Shown in pieces: positions 18,959-29,272 of a stretch of 64,000 bases of DNA (its first letter is position 1; the number at the start of each line of letters is the position of its first letter). A program made the position numbers and the translations under genes. The stretch covers positions 64,001-128,000 of IMG/VR virus record IMGVR_UViG_3300042449_000993; one strand, given 5' to 3'. The notes under the pieces were generated by a model. The model did not search any database, was not told the origin of the DNA, and saw nothing but the letters and a program-made list of their open reading frames with translations. Origin of the DNA: a virus.

Positions 18959-19720
18959 ATGGCGCAGCCTTCCACACGCACAGAATTAAAAGACTATTGT
19001 CTTCGAAAACTCGGATTCCCAGTTATTGATATTAACGTTGATGACGATCAGCTCGAAGATCGTATTGACGATGCATTACAACAATTTCGAAACTATCATT
19101 TCGACGGAATTGAGAGAACTTGGTTAGCGCACCAGCTAACCGCAGGAGATATTACGAACAAATATGTTCAACTTGCTGACTCTATTATCGGAGTTTCAAA
19201 AGTATTTCCATATACTGGATCTACTCAATCTTCAACATCATCAGCAGGATTTAACATTTTTGATATTAATTATCAGCTTCGTCTTAATGACTTCTACAAT
19301 CTAACATCTTCTTCCTACACTTATTATGTCATTGCTCGCGAGCATCTCTCAATGCTTGATATGATTATTACAGGCGAATATCCATATACTTTTAACAAAG
19401 TAACTGGAAAATTAAATTTTCAAATTGATATGGATAATCGATTTAAACCTGGAAACTACATGGTGTTTGAGTGCCTTAGAGTTGTTGATGCAGAAGCCTA
19501 CAGCAAAGTTTTTAATGATCTTTGGCTCAAAGCATATACAACTCAATTGTTTAAACGTCAATGGGGCGAAAACTTGAAGAAGTATGATAATTACGTTCTT
19601 CCAGGTGGTCTAGTTATAAATGGTCAGAGAATTTGGGACGAAGCATCAATTGAAGTTGAAAAACTCGAAGAAAAACTTCGTGATACTTACGAAGAACCAA
19701 TTCCATTTTTAGTAGGCTAA
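18959..19720 (+). CDS. gp13: Neck protein gp13
   Basis: ELKDYCLRKLGFPVIDINV, KRQWGENLKKY, LPGGLVING; T4 synteny. Confidence 0.93.
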   Translation: MAQPSTRTELKDYCLRKLGFPVIDINVDDDQLEDRIDDALQQFRNYHFDGIERTWLAHQLTAGDITNKYVQLADSIIGVSKVFPYTGSTQSSTSSAGFNIFDINYQLRLNDFYNLTSSSYTYYVIAREHLSMLDMIITGEYPYTFNKVTGKLNFQIDMDNRFKPGNYMVFECLRVVDAEAYSKVFNDLWLKAYTTQLFKRQWGENLKKYDNYVLPGGLVINGQRIWDEASIEVEKLEEKLRDTYEEPIPFLVG

Positions 19721-19721
19721 A

Positions 19722-20606
19722 ATGGCAACAAGTGTCTATTTTAATAATCAAGATGCAAGAACAGAACAATTTTTGCTTGAAGATTTGATCATTGAATCAA
19801 TTCGAAATCACGGAATAGATGTATATTATATTCCAAGATATTCACAATCTTCTACTGATGAACTATTTGGTGATGATCCCGTTAAAACGTTCACTGGTGC
19901 ATATAAAATGGAAATGTATCTTGAAACGTTTAAAGATTATGAGGGCAACAAAGAATTTTACTCTAAATTTGGTTTAGAAATTCAAGAAACTGCTCGTGTA
20001 TGTGTTGCTCGTAGAACATTTGAAAAGTATGTCACATCAATTGTTGGTTCGCGCGCAAATACACCAAAAGAAGGCGATTTAATTTATCTTCCTGTTCAAT
20101 TTAAATTGATGGAAATTAAATTCGTGGAAGAAGAAAAAAACTTTTTCCAGTTAGGTAAAGACGCTAAAAATCCATACATGTATGGGTTAACAGTTGAGGC
20201 GTTTAAGTATAATGGCGAATTACTTCAAACTGGTGTTGATGCAATTGATCGTATTGCAGATTTACAAGCTGTCACTGTCAATTATACAATGCAAGCTGGT
20301 GGAACAGGAACATATCAAGACTTTGAATGGGCATATCAGGGGTCATCTCTTGCAACAGCCACAGCAAAGGGTGTTGTTGCTTCGTGGGACAAACCAACTC
20401 GTATTTTAGAATTGAGAAATATCAAAGGCTCGTTTACAAACAACGTTGCAATAATTGGCGAATCGAGCGGTGCTTCTTGGATACACACCACTTCTGATCC
20501 AATGCAAAATGGAAATGACACAAGTATGCAAGATAATTATCGCATGGAAACCGAAGCAGACAACATCATTGACTTCTCTGAAGTCAATCCATTTGGTGAA
20601 CCATAA
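19722..20606 (+). CDS. gp14: Neck protein gp14
   Basis: EDLIIESI, DVYYIPR, SKFGLEI, PKEGDLIY, DFSEVNPFG. Confidence 0.93.
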   Translation: MATSVYFNNQDARTEQFLLEDLIIESIRNHGIDVYYIPRYSQSSTDELFGDDPVKTFTGAYKMEMYLETFKDYEGNKEFYSKFGLEIQETARVCVARRTFEKYVTSIVGSRANTPKEGDLIYLPVQFKLMEIKFVEEEKNFFQLGKDAKNPYMYGLTVEAFKYNGELLQTGVDAIDRIADLQAVTVNYTMQAGGTGTYQDFEWAYQGSSLATATAKGVVASWDKPTRILELRNIKGSFTNNVAIIGESSGASWIHTTSDPMQNGNDTSMQDNYRMETEADNIIDFSEVNPFGEP

Positions 20607-21613
20607 TGTTTTCAAACGTTCATTTTTATCATCGTATTACTCGAAAAATGGTTGTGGCATTCGGCACACTTTTTAATAATATTCGTTTGGTGCGCTATAA
20701 TAAAGCAGGCACAACTGAGATTGAAAGAATTGTTGTGCCACTACAATATGCCCAAAAAGAAAAGTTTTATCAACGCATCACACAAGATCCTGAATTAACA
20801 AAAGAAGTTCAAATGACTCTCCCAAGAATGAGTTTTGAACTAACTGCAATTACATATGATCCAAGTAGAAAACGAAATTTATTTTCTGAAAGTTTTTCTG
20901 CTGAGTCAAACACAACAGTTAAGATTGTACGAACAACACCATATAATTTTGAATTTACTTTATACATATATGTTCGTAATACAGAAGATGGAACGCAAAT
21001 TGTTGAGCAAATTCTTCCATACTTTAATCCCGATTATAATTTAACACTAGACATGGTTGGTCTTGCAGATCAAAAAGTTGATGTGCCATTCATTCTTCAA
21101 AATATCAATTACAACGTTGAAGATATTGGAGACGGAGAAACAACACGTGTTCTTGTATGGAGTTTAACATTTACTGCTAAAGGTTATATGTTTGGTCCAA
21201 TTACATCTGCAAATGTTATTCGCAAAGTTACTGCAAATACATACAATATGGTCACAGCAGATACTCAAGAATCTCAGCGTTTGCTGTATACTGCGAACAC
21301 TGGCTTTGGAACATTTAAAATTGGTGAGTTGGTATATCAAGGTGAGAGTTTATCAGCAGCAAACTCAACTGCATTTGTTGATGCTTGGGATCCAACATCA
21401 TATAGATTAGTTGTCTCTGATGTTGCAGGAGTTTTGAAAGTTGGTCAAAATATAACTGGTGCAATTTCTAATGCATCGTATAATTTAACTTCATTTGGAG
21501 TAAATGATTATCAACTATTTAAACTTCAAATTACTCCAGATCCAACAACAGCAAATGCTCAAACTGCATTTGGGTTTGACGAAATTATTCAATATGCACC
21601 AAATATAACATGA
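20606..21613 (+). CDS. gp15: Tail sheath stabiliser / tail terminator gp15
   Basis: RKMVVAFGTLFNNI, TLPRMSFE, QIVEQILPYFNP. Confidence 0.93.
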   Translation: MFSNVHFYHRITRKMVVAFGTLFNNIRLVRYNKAGTTEIERIVVPLQYAQKEKFYQRITQDPELTKEVQMTLPRMSFELTAITYDPSRKRNLFSESFSAESNTTVKIVRTTPYNFEFTLYIYVRNTEDGTQIVEQILPYFNPDYNLTLDMVGLADQKVDVPFILQNINYNVEDIGDGETTRVLVWSLTFTAKGYMFGPITSANVIRKVTANTYNMVTADTQESQRLLYTANTGFGTFKIGELVYQGESLSAANSTAFVDAWDPTSYRLVVSDVAGVLKVGQNITGAISNASYNLTSFGVNDYQLFKLQITPDPTTANAQTAFGFDEIIQYAPNIT

Positions 21614-22026
21614 GTAAAATTGATCATAATTTATCTGAAGTTTTAAACACTGATTATATCCCCGTAATAGCTGAGGAACATAAAAGTGTTACTATTCATG
21701 AGCCAGACAGATCAGCTGATAATCCTGACGCTGACTATTCTCGGGCTAATTATTACAATCTTATCGAAAAGGGTAATGAGGCTTTGGACGGCATTCTTGA
21801 AGTGGCGAAAGAATCGCAGCACCCAAGAGCGTATGAAGTAGCAGCAAACATGATCAAAAATCTCTCTGACGTTACAGAGAAATTGATGATTCTACAAAAG
21901 CAGCAACAAGAACTTCAACCAAAAGAATCAGCAGCATCAACTAATATCAATGTAGACAAAGCAGTGTTCGTTGGCAGCACCGCTGAGTTATTGCGACAAT
22001 TAAAGAATGAATCAAATAGCGGCTAA
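21610..22026 (+). CDS. gp16: Terminase small subunit gp16
   Basis: DYSRANYYNLI, HPRAYEVA, VFVGSTAEL. Confidence 0.92.
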   Translation: MSKIDHNLSEVLNTDYIPVIAEEHKSVTIHEPDRSADNPDADYSRANYYNLIEKGNEALDGILEVAKESQHPRAYEVAANMIKNLSDVTEKLMILQKQQQELQPKESAASTNINVDKAVFVGSTAELLRQLKNESNSG

Positions 22027-23641
22027 ACTGAAGCATTATCTTGGCAATCCCAAGCTGAAGCGAGTTAACATGGCGATGAATCTTACGGAGGATCAAATCC
22101 GTGAGTTCGTCAAATGCGCTCAAGATCCAACATACTTTATCGAAAACTATGTTAAGATCATTACACTTGATAAAGGTTTCGTTCAGATTGAACTTTATCC
22201 GTTTCAAAAACAAGTTGTTACTGATATTAACGAAAATCGTCGCGTGATTGTAAAGGCAGGTCGTCAGGTTGGTAAGACGACGATCATTGTAGGTTATATC
22301 CTTTGGTACATTCTATTCAATCAAGATAAAACTGTTGCGATTCTTGCGAACAAAGCCAGTACGTCAAGAGAAATTCTTGCTCGCATTAAACTCGCATATG
22401 AAGCATTGCCAATGTGGATTCAGCAAGGTGTGAAGGTTTGGAACAAAGGTGACATTGAACTTGAAAATGGATGTCGTGTGATTGCTAATTCAACTGCCTC
22501 TAGCGCAATTCGTGGTTTTTCTATTTCGCTTCTATACCTTGACGAATTTGCATTCGTTCCAAGTAATATTGCCGAAGAATTTTTTACATCTGTTTATCCA
22601 ACGATTTCTTCTGGTACGACTTCGAAGATTTTAATTTCTTCAACGCCAAATGGCATGAATCACTTTTATAAAATGTGGACCGAAGCCGTTGAAGGTCAAA
22701 ATGGATTTACACACTGTGAAGCGAACTGGCGTCAAGTTCCAGGGAGAACTCAACAATGGGCAGATGAACAACGTCGCGTTCTTGGTGAACAAAAGTTTCT
22801 TCAGGAAATGGAATGCGAATTTATGGGTTCATCAGGAACTCTACTTTCAGCCGCTGCACTTAAATCTCTTGCGTTCGTGAAACCATTACATCTAACTGAA
22901 AATGGAATTAAGATTTATCAAGCACCGATCCCTCAGCATAATTATATGATAGTTGCAGACACCTCTCGCGGAAAAGGATTGGACTATTCCGCATTTAGTG
23001 TTATAGATGTTACAAGTATTCCTTATCGTCAGGTTTGTACATATAAAGATAATAATATAAGCCCTCTTGTGTATCCATCAATCATTAAACGCATGGGCGA
23101 TTACTATAATCAGGCTTATGTTCTTGTTGAAATTAATGACAATGGGCAGCAGGTAGTTGATTCTTTATTCGAAGATTATGAATATGAAAATATTCTTTCG
23201 ACCGTTGATATAAAGGGGAAAACTGCAGTTACATGGGGCTATGGAAATAAATCATATCGTGGAATTCGAACGACGAAATCTGTCAAACGTTTGGGTTGCT
23301 CATTGATGAAAAACTTGATTGAGGGTGAGAAACTCATTGTTCAAGATTTCGAAACAATCTCAGAGCTCTCAACTTTTATTTCGAAAGGAACGAGTTTTGA
23401 ATCGGAAGAAGGAAGTCATGACGATTTAGTGATGACTCTTGTTCTCTTTTCATGGATGACGAATCAACAATTTTTTGCTGACATGACGAATACTGACATA
23501 CGACTTCGACTTCATGAAGAACAAATGAAACAGATCGAAGAGGAGTCTCTGCCCACATTTTTGGCTGGACATGTTGATGTCGACGAGGGTGATAACAGAT
23601 TTGTCTCAGATGGATCAGTTTGGGATGTCGTAAATCGTTAA
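22007..23641 (+). CDS. gp17: Terminase large subunit gp17
   Basis: RQVGKTT, LYLDEFAFV, SSTPNG, DTSRGKGLDYS, HDDLVM. Confidence 0.97.
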   Translation: MNQIAAKLKHYLGNPKLKRVNMAMNLTEDQIREFVKCAQDPTYFIENYVKIITLDKGFVQIELYPFQKQVVTDINENRRVIVKAGRQVGKTTIIVGYILWYILFNQDKTVAILANKASTSREILARIKLAYEALPMWIQQGVKVWNKGDIELENGCRVIANSTASSAIRGFSISLLYLDEFAFVPSNIAEEFFTSVYPTISSGTTSKILISSTPNGMNHFYKMWTEAVEGQNGFTHCEANWRQVPGRTQQWADEQRRVLGEQKFLQEMECEFMGSSGTLLSAAALKSLAFVKPLHLTENGIKIYQAPIPQHNYMIVADTSRGKGLDYSAFSVIDVTSIPYRQVCTYKDNNISPLVYPSIIKRMGDYYNQAYVLVEINDNGQQVVDSLFEDYEYENILSTVDIKGKTAVTWGYGNKSYRGIRTTKSVKRLGCSLMKNLIEGEKLIVQDFETISELSTFISKGTSFESEEGSHDDLVMTLVLFSWMTNQQFFADMTNTDIRLRLHEEQMKQIEEESLPTFLAGHVDVDEGDNRFVSDGSVWDVVNR

Positions 23642-23653
23642 AATCCTCCTTTT

Positions 23654-23661
23654 ACTAAATA
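23654..23661 (+). promoter_or_regulatory. Late promoter variant ACTAAATA
   Basis: Upstream of gp18. Confidence 0.6.
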
Positions 23662-23703
23662 TTCAGTAGATTTCTTAATTCTCCATTCATAGGAGCATAA
23701 AAC

Positions 23704-25413
23704 ATGGCTTTTCAAGTATCTCCTGGTGTTGTTACATCTGAAGTTGATTTAACAACAGTCGTTCCAGCGGTTGCAACAACGACTGGTGCGTTTTGCGGTA
23801 ATTTTAATTGGGGTCCAGCCGAAATTGCAATTGCAGTTTCCGACGAAAACAAACTGGTTGAGTTTTTCGGCAAACCAGACAATAATACAGCAGTTTCATT
23901 CTATACAGCTGCAAATTTCTTGTCATATGGCAGTGACCTTCGCGTAGTTCGTGCAGTTAATGGAATAAACACTAATACTGCAGTTTCGAACTCAAGTTCA
24001 AATGTTCTCATCAAGAACGATGAAACATACTTCAACACCTACTACAACTCAAACAGTGCAACAGTTGGTGCATGGGCTGCACGTTATGCTGGCGCAAGGG
24101 GAAACTCTCTAAAGATTTCTGTTTGGGCAAATACAAATACATCACTATTCTCTGCTTGGGCATATGCTCCATATTTCTCAAGTGCTCCAGGAACATCTAC
24201 TTACGCTTCAAGTGTCGGTGGTTCAAACGACGAACTTCACGTTATCGTTGTTGACGAAGATGGATTGTTTACAGGAACTCAAAATACGGTTCTTGAAGTT
24301 TATCCATTCCTATCAAAAGCATCTGATGCCAAGGATAGCGTTGGTAACTCAAACTACTATCGCGACGTAATCTATCGTCAATCAAAATACGTCCACTGGA
24401 CAGATCACCCAGATACTGTAAACACTTCAGCAACATGGGGTAAGAGTGCAACCAACAGAGCATTTAGCGATCTAGTCAATGTTACTGGTCTACACACAAT
24501 ATCTCTTGTGAACGGTACTGATGGTTATCCAGTTGCTGGAAACGTTCAAACAGGATATTCTAAGTTTGTGAATCCTGAAGAAATTGATGTATCATTAATT
24601 CTAACAGGCGATCACTCACCTGCAACGGTTCTCTACGCAATTCAAACTGTCGCTGAAGCAAGAAAAGACGCAGTAGCATTCGTTTCACCAACACTCGCTA
24701 ACTGCCAATCAACAACAGCAACAGACGATATCGTAAATTATCGTAAGAATGCTCTTGCAAATGTCAGCTCTTCATACGCAGTGATGGATAGTGGTTGGAA
24801 GTATCAATACGACAAGTACAACGATGTTTATCGTTGGATTCCATTGAACGGTGATATTGGTGGTATTTGCGCAAGAACTGACGCTGTTCGTGACCCATGG
24901 TTCTCACCAGCAGGATCTGCTCGTGGTCAAGTCAAGAATATCGTAAAACTTGCTTACTATCCAACTTCAACACAACGCGACACTCTTTATAAGAATGCGA
25001 TCAACCCAGTTGTAAGTTTCCCAGGAGAAGGAACGATTCTCTTCGGCGATAAGACAATGCTTGGTAAGCCAAGTGCTTTTGATCGTATTAATGTTCGTCG
25101 CTTGTTTATTGTTCTAGAAAAAGCAATTGCGATCGCTGCACGTTCAAGCCTCTTCGAATTCAATGATGAATTTACAAGAGCACAGTTTGTCTCGCTTGTT
25201 GAGCCATTCTTGAGAACGGTTAAGGGTCGTCGCGGTATCTTTGATTATCGCGTGGTTTGCGACACAACGAACAATACTCCAGAAGTCATTGACCGTAATG
25301 AGTTTATTGGAGATATCTACGTTAAACCAGCTAGAAGCATTAACTTTATCCAGTTGAACTTTGTCGCTGTAAGAACTGGCGTAGCCTTCGAGGAAATCGT
25401 TGGTAGAGCCTAA
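23704..25413 (+). CDS. gp18: Tail sheath protein gp18
   Basis: SPGVVTSEVDLT, PWFSPAG, FDRINVRRLF, KPARSINFI. Confidence 0.97.
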   Translation: MAFQVSPGVVTSEVDLTTVVPAVATTTGAFCGNFNWGPAEIAIAVSDENKLVEFFGKPDNNTAVSFYTAANFLSYGSDLRVVRAVNGINTNTAVSNSSSNVLIKNDETYFNTYYNSNSATVGAWAARYAGARGNSLKISVWANTNTSLFSAWAYAPYFSSAPGTSTYASSVGGSNDELHVIVVDEDGLFTGTQNTVLEVYPFLSKASDAKDSVGNSNYYRDVIYRQSKYVHWTDHPDTVNTSATWGKSATNRAFSDLVNVTGLHTISLVNGTDGYPVAGNVQTGYSKFVNPEEIDVSLILTGDHSPATVLYAIQTVAEARKDAVAFVSPTLANCQSTTATDDIVNYRKNALANVSSSYAVMDSGWKYQYDKYNDVYRWIPLNGDIGGICARTDAVRDPWFSPAGSARGQVKNIVKLAYYPTSTQRDTLYKNAINPVVSFPGEGTILFGDKTMLGKPSAFDRINVRRLFIVLEKAIAIAARSSLFEFNDEFTRAQFVSLVEPFLRTVKGRRGIFDYRVVCDTTNNTPEVIDRNEFIGDIYVKPARSINFIQLNFVAVRTGVAFEEIVGRA

Positions 25414-25422
25414 TCTAACGAA

Positions 25423-25430
25423 GATAAATA
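25423..25430 (+). promoter_or_regulatory. Late promoter variant GATAAATA
   Basis: Upstream of gp19. Confidence 0.55.
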
Positions 25431-25455
25431 GATAAAGTTTCAGGAGAAATAAACA

Positions 25456-25965
25456 ATGCCATTTAATATTTCAGAATTTACTTCTACATTTACTGGTGAT
25501 GGCGCACGTCCTAATCTGTTTGAGGTTCAAATCAACAGATTAGGACCAAACTTTAACTTCTTGTGTAAAGCAGCGCAGTTGCCAGGTTCAACAGTTGGAC
25601 TCGTTGAAGTTCCATACTTTGGACGTAATGTGAAATATGCTGGTAACAGAACATTTGCTGATTGGACTGTAACGATCCTCAATGATGAAGACTTTGCAAT
25701 TCGCAATGCTCTTGAGTTGTTGATGCAAGATATTAACAGTCACGAAGATAACTTGGCTGCTGTTCTAGCAGACGGTTATCAATTCGACGCGCTTGTGACT
25801 CAATATTCAAAAGTTGGTGCAATTATTAAAGAATATCAATTTAGAGGAATGTTCCCAATTGATATTTCACCAATTGAATTGGATTGGGGCGCAAACGACA
25901 CGATTGAAGAGTACCAAGTTACATTTGCATACCAGTACTGGACTTCAGCAAGCAGCGCAACCTAA
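25456..25965 (+). CDS. gp19: Tail tube protein gp19
   Basis: GARPNLFEV, AGNRTFADWTVT, IEEYQVTFAYQYW. Confidence 0.95.
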   Translation: MPFNISEFTSTFTGDGARPNLFEVQINRLGPNFNFLCKAAQLPGSTVGLVEVPYFGRNVKYAGNRTFADWTVTILNDEDFAIRNALELLMQDINSHEDNLAAVLADGYQFDALVTQYSKVGAIIKEYQFRGMFPIDISPIELDWGANDTIEEYQVTFAYQYWTSASSAT

Positions 25966-25977
25966 TAGGAGGTCGCT

Positions 25978-26286
25978 ATGAGTTTCTTTAAGAGTCTTGT
26001 ACGTCGTGTAAAGCGTACTGTAAAAGCACAAGTAACATCACAAGTTACTGGGTTTGTTGGAAGAGCAGCATCTAGTGTTACCAGTGCAGCAACATCTAGA
26101 GTGACGGGTGCTGTGAATTCTAGAATTGGCGGCACAATCAACACTTTGAAAGATAGAGTTACTGCTGCTGGCGTAGCATCTAGAAGATCTGGACTAAATC
26201 CATTTGCAAATGCTGCTGCTAATCGTGTTGCCAAAGGCGCAATTGCTCGAGCAAAAGGTGAAAAAATTGTTGATCCATTCGGTTAA
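25978..26286 (+). CDS. Small basic Ala/Arg/Ser/Thr-rich hypothetical protein
   Basis: Strong AGGAGG RBS; fills the gp19-gp20 gap. Confidence 0.7.
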   Translation: MSFFKSLVRRVKRTVKAQVTSQVTGFVGRAASSVTSAATSRVTGAVNSRIGGTINTLKDRVTAAGVASRRSGLNPFANAAANRVAKGAIARAKGEKIVDPFG

Positions 26287-26318
26287 CAATTAATTTTTAT
26301 TATGATGGGTAAAAAAAT

Positions 26319-27908
26319 ATGGCAATAAATCTTTTCGGCTTCGAAATTCTTCGCAAAAAACCTGAGGTTGAACTTCAGCCTCAGGTTGCTGCACCTATAA
26401 ACGACGATGGTGCAATTACTGTCACCTCTGGCGGTTATTTTGGCACATATCTTGATCTAGAAGCCAGTTTCAAAAACGAAAATGATCTTATCTCTCGTTA
26501 TCGTGAAATGTCGATGCAGCCAGAACTGGAATCAGCAATTGACGATATTGTGAATGAAGCAATCGTCCACGACGTTACTGGTAAATCTGTGACAATTCTT
26601 TTAGATGATCTCGAACAACCAGACAATATTAAAGAAATGATTCGCGATGAATTTCAAAATGTTCTTCGCATGTTAGACTTCTCAAACTCTGGATCAGATA
26701 TTTTCCGTAATTGGTACATTGATGGTCGTTTATTCTATCAAGTATTGATTGACGAAAAGCAACCAAAACTTGGCATTCAAGAAATTCTCTATCTTGACCC
26801 ACGTAAGATTCGCAAAGTTCGTAGTATTATTCGTAAAAAAGATCCACGCACAGGAGTTGAAGTAACTGCTGGCGTTCAAGAGTTTTACGTCTACAATGAA
26901 AAAGCGATGAATCAGGGTCAAACATTGATCACATCACCAACTGATTCAGGATTAAAAATTGCAACTGATGCAATTGTAAATGTCAATTCTGGATTGATGG
27001 ATCCAAAAAGATCACTCGTATTATCGTACCTTCACAAAGCGATAAAGCCCCTCAACCAGCTCCGAATGGTTGAGGATGCTGTTGTGATCTATCGTTTGTC
27101 ACGTGCACCAGAACGTCGTGTGTTCTATATTGACGTTGGTAACATGCCAAAAGTTAAATCAGAACAATATCTTCGTGACATTATGACCAAGTTTAGAAAC
27201 AAGGTTGTTTATGATTCTGCCACAGGCGAAATCAAAGATGATCGTAAGTTTATGTCAATGATGGAAGACTTTTGGATTCCGCGTCGCGGCGAAGGCAAGT
27301 CAACGGAAATTACAACGTTGCCAGCAGGACAAAATCTTGGTGAGTTGTCTGATGTAAATTATTTTGAAAAGAAACTGTACAAAGCATTGAATGTTCCAGT
27401 TTCTCGTCTTGAATCACAAACAGGATTCACACTCGGTCGTTCAACAGAAATCACACGCGATGAATTAAAATTCAGTAAGTTTATTGATAGATTGAGAGCG
27501 AAGTTTTCAGTACTATTCGATGAACTTATGCAACGTCAACTTGCTCTCAAGGGAATCTGTTCTGTTGATGAATGGCAAGAATTAAAAGAAAAGATTCACT
27601 ATGACTTCCTTAAAGATAATAACTTTATGGAACTTAAAGAAGCAGAATTGATGGCTTCTCGATTGCAACTTATGCAACAAATTGATCCATACGTTGGAGT
27701 TTATTTCTCGAAAGCGTGGGTCAAGAAGCATGTTCTTCATTTCGATGAAGAAGGTATTGAGCGTATGGATAAAGAATTGTCAGATGAGCAAGCGGGTATT
27801 GAAGCAAGCGAAAATGCACAACCAACTCCAATGACTCAAGGTCAAGAAGTTGCACAAGCCCAAGCAAATGATATTAATTCTGTATTTAACGCACAAATTA
27901 CTAAATAA
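26319..27908 (+). CDS. gp20: Portal protein gp20
   Basis: WYIDGRL, YRLSRAPERRVFYIDVGNMPK, EDFWIPRRG. Confidence 0.97.
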   Translation: MAINLFGFEILRKKPEVELQPQVAAPINDDGAITVTSGGYFGTYLDLEASFKNENDLISRYREMSMQPELESAIDDIVNEAIVHDVTGKSVTILLDDLEQPDNIKEMIRDEFQNVLRMLDFSNSGSDIFRNWYIDGRLFYQVLIDEKQPKLGIQEILYLDPRKIRKVRSIIRKKDPRTGVEVTAGVQEFYVYNEKAMNQGQTLITSPTDSGLKIATDAIVNVNSGLMDPKRSLVLSYLHKAIKPLNQLRMVEDAVVIYRLSRAPERRVFYIDVGNMPKVKSEQYLRDIMTKFRNKVVYDSATGEIKDDRKFMSMMEDFWIPRRGEGKSTEITTLPAGQNLGELSDVNYFEKKLYKALNVPVSRLESQTGFTLGRSTEITRDELKFSKFIDRLRAKFSVLFDELMQRQLALKGICSVDEWQELKEKIHYDFLKDNNFMELKEAELMASRLQLMQQIDPYVGVYFSKAWVKKHVLHFDEEGIERMDKELSDEQAGIEASENAQPTPMTQGQEVAQAQANDINSVFNAQITK

Positions 27909-27923
27909 TAATTGGAGAAAATT

Positions 27924-28163
27924 ATGAGCAATGATGGGTATTCATTAGACGCAGTGACAGCAGCAATTGCTGGCAATAAAGAAGGATTTGTAAATGCTTT
28001 CAATAGCGCAATTGCATCCAAAGTAACTGACGCACTTGAAGTAAAAAAAGTTGAAGTTGCATCCAATTTACTCGGACAAGAAGAAGTAACGAATGAAATT
28101 GAAGGATCTGAAACAGAAGTTGACGGAAGCAGCGATGCAGCCGTCGACAGCACAGAAGAATAA
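27924..28163 (+). CDS. Small acidic prohead core protein (gp67-like)
   Basis: Directly after the portal gene; acidic tail; ACTAAATA at 27900-27907 and GGAG RBS. Confidence 0.6.
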   Translation: MSNDGYSLDAVTAAIAGNKEGFVNAFNSAIASKVTDALEVKKVEVASNLLGQEEVTNEIEGSETEVDGSSDAAVDSTEE

Positions 28164-28974
28164 GGTTTCTGCAACTCAAAAATCTGACGGAAGCGTTAGG
28201 TCAAGAGTTATGGCAGCAAAGTCTGCATTAGGGTTGAAAGATCTTAATGCATCAGCTGCAGCAACAGGTCACAAACTTTATACGCAATTGTCTTCACAAA
28301 ATCCAAACTTGCAACAAAATCAAGTTTTAAATCGAATTAGCCCAAGTGCTCGTAAACATTATATGAAGTTGAGTTCTATTGTTCCATCAGAATTCTTATC
28401 AGATAAGATTCCAATGAATCAATTTAGAGCAACTTTAAATCGTATTAAAGCAGCTCAAAATATTTCAAAACAATTGAACAATCATTATGAGATTCTTGAC
28501 ACAGAACAAGAAACAATGTCAATTGATGAATCATTTTATCCGCCACAAATGATGGTGTTGCGTAGAACTGGCGTTCGTATTTTCCCAGATGGTCGTCGAG
28601 TTGCTCTTTATAGCAATGACAAACTTGGATTAGTTTTCACAGTTCCATTTAAATCTTCTGGTGTTACAGATACATTACCAAACGTAACAGCAGAAGAAGT
28701 TGAAGTTGACAATTTAATGGAAAGTCTTGAACAAGTCGCAGCATATGCTTCACAAGAAAATCCAAAGTCTACAGCAAAACATATGAAGTTTGCTGATGGA
28801 TCTAAAATGAAAGTCAGTCATGGTGCAGCAAAAGCCATTCATATGGTTCACGATGCATTAAATGACGAAAATAAAAAGAAGTTTGCTGACATGCTTACAA
28901 CTCCAAAAAGTTTTGAAAAGGCAGCACACTTTGCATTGAGCAGAGTTAAATTTACAATCGGAGACGAACAATGA
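28093..28974 (+). CDS. Hypothetical head-module protein
   Basis: 293 aa ORF between portal and protease genes. Confidence 0.6.
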   Translation: MKLKDLKQKLTEAAMQPSTAQKNKVSATQKSDGSVRSRVMAAKSALGLKDLNASAAATGHKLYTQLSSQNPNLQQNQVLNRISPSARKHYMKLSSIVPSEFLSDKIPMNQFRATLNRIKAAQNISKQLNNHYEILDTEQETMSIDESFYPPQMMVLRRTGVRIFPDGRRVALYSNDKLGLVFTVPFKSSGVTDTLPNVTAEEVEVDNLMESLEQVAAYASQENPKSTAKHMKFADGSKMKVSHGAAKAIHMVHDALNDENKKKFADMLTTPKSFEKAAHFALSRVKFTIGDEQ

Positions 28975-29270
28975 GTTTAGTTTCTGACATCGTAAGAGAA
29001 ATTATCGCAGAAGCCAACGTTCAAAAAATTGGACGTAAAAAACTTATTCGTTTAAGAGTTCGTGGTGGCAAAGTTCAACGACGCAAAATTGTATCTGGCG
29101 TTAAGGGTTATACAATTCGTGGTGGCAAGATGATTCGCATGTCATCTAGCGAAAGAATTAAGAGAAAAATTGGTGCTCGTCGCGCAAAAATTAAACGCAG
29201 AGCAAAACTCGCAAGAGCATTAATTAAAAGAAAGCGTTCATTAAGAAAACGCACATCATTGGGGCTATAA
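28971..29270 (+). CDS. Highly basic prohead core protein (gp68-like)
   Basis: K/R-rich, 99 aa, immediately before gp21. Confidence 0.55.
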   Translation: MSLVSDIVREIIAEANVQKIGRKKLIRLRVRGGKVQRRKIVSGVKGYTIRGGKMIRMSSSERIKRKIGARRAKIKRRAKLARALIKRKRSLRKRTSLGL

Positions 29271-29272
29271 AA

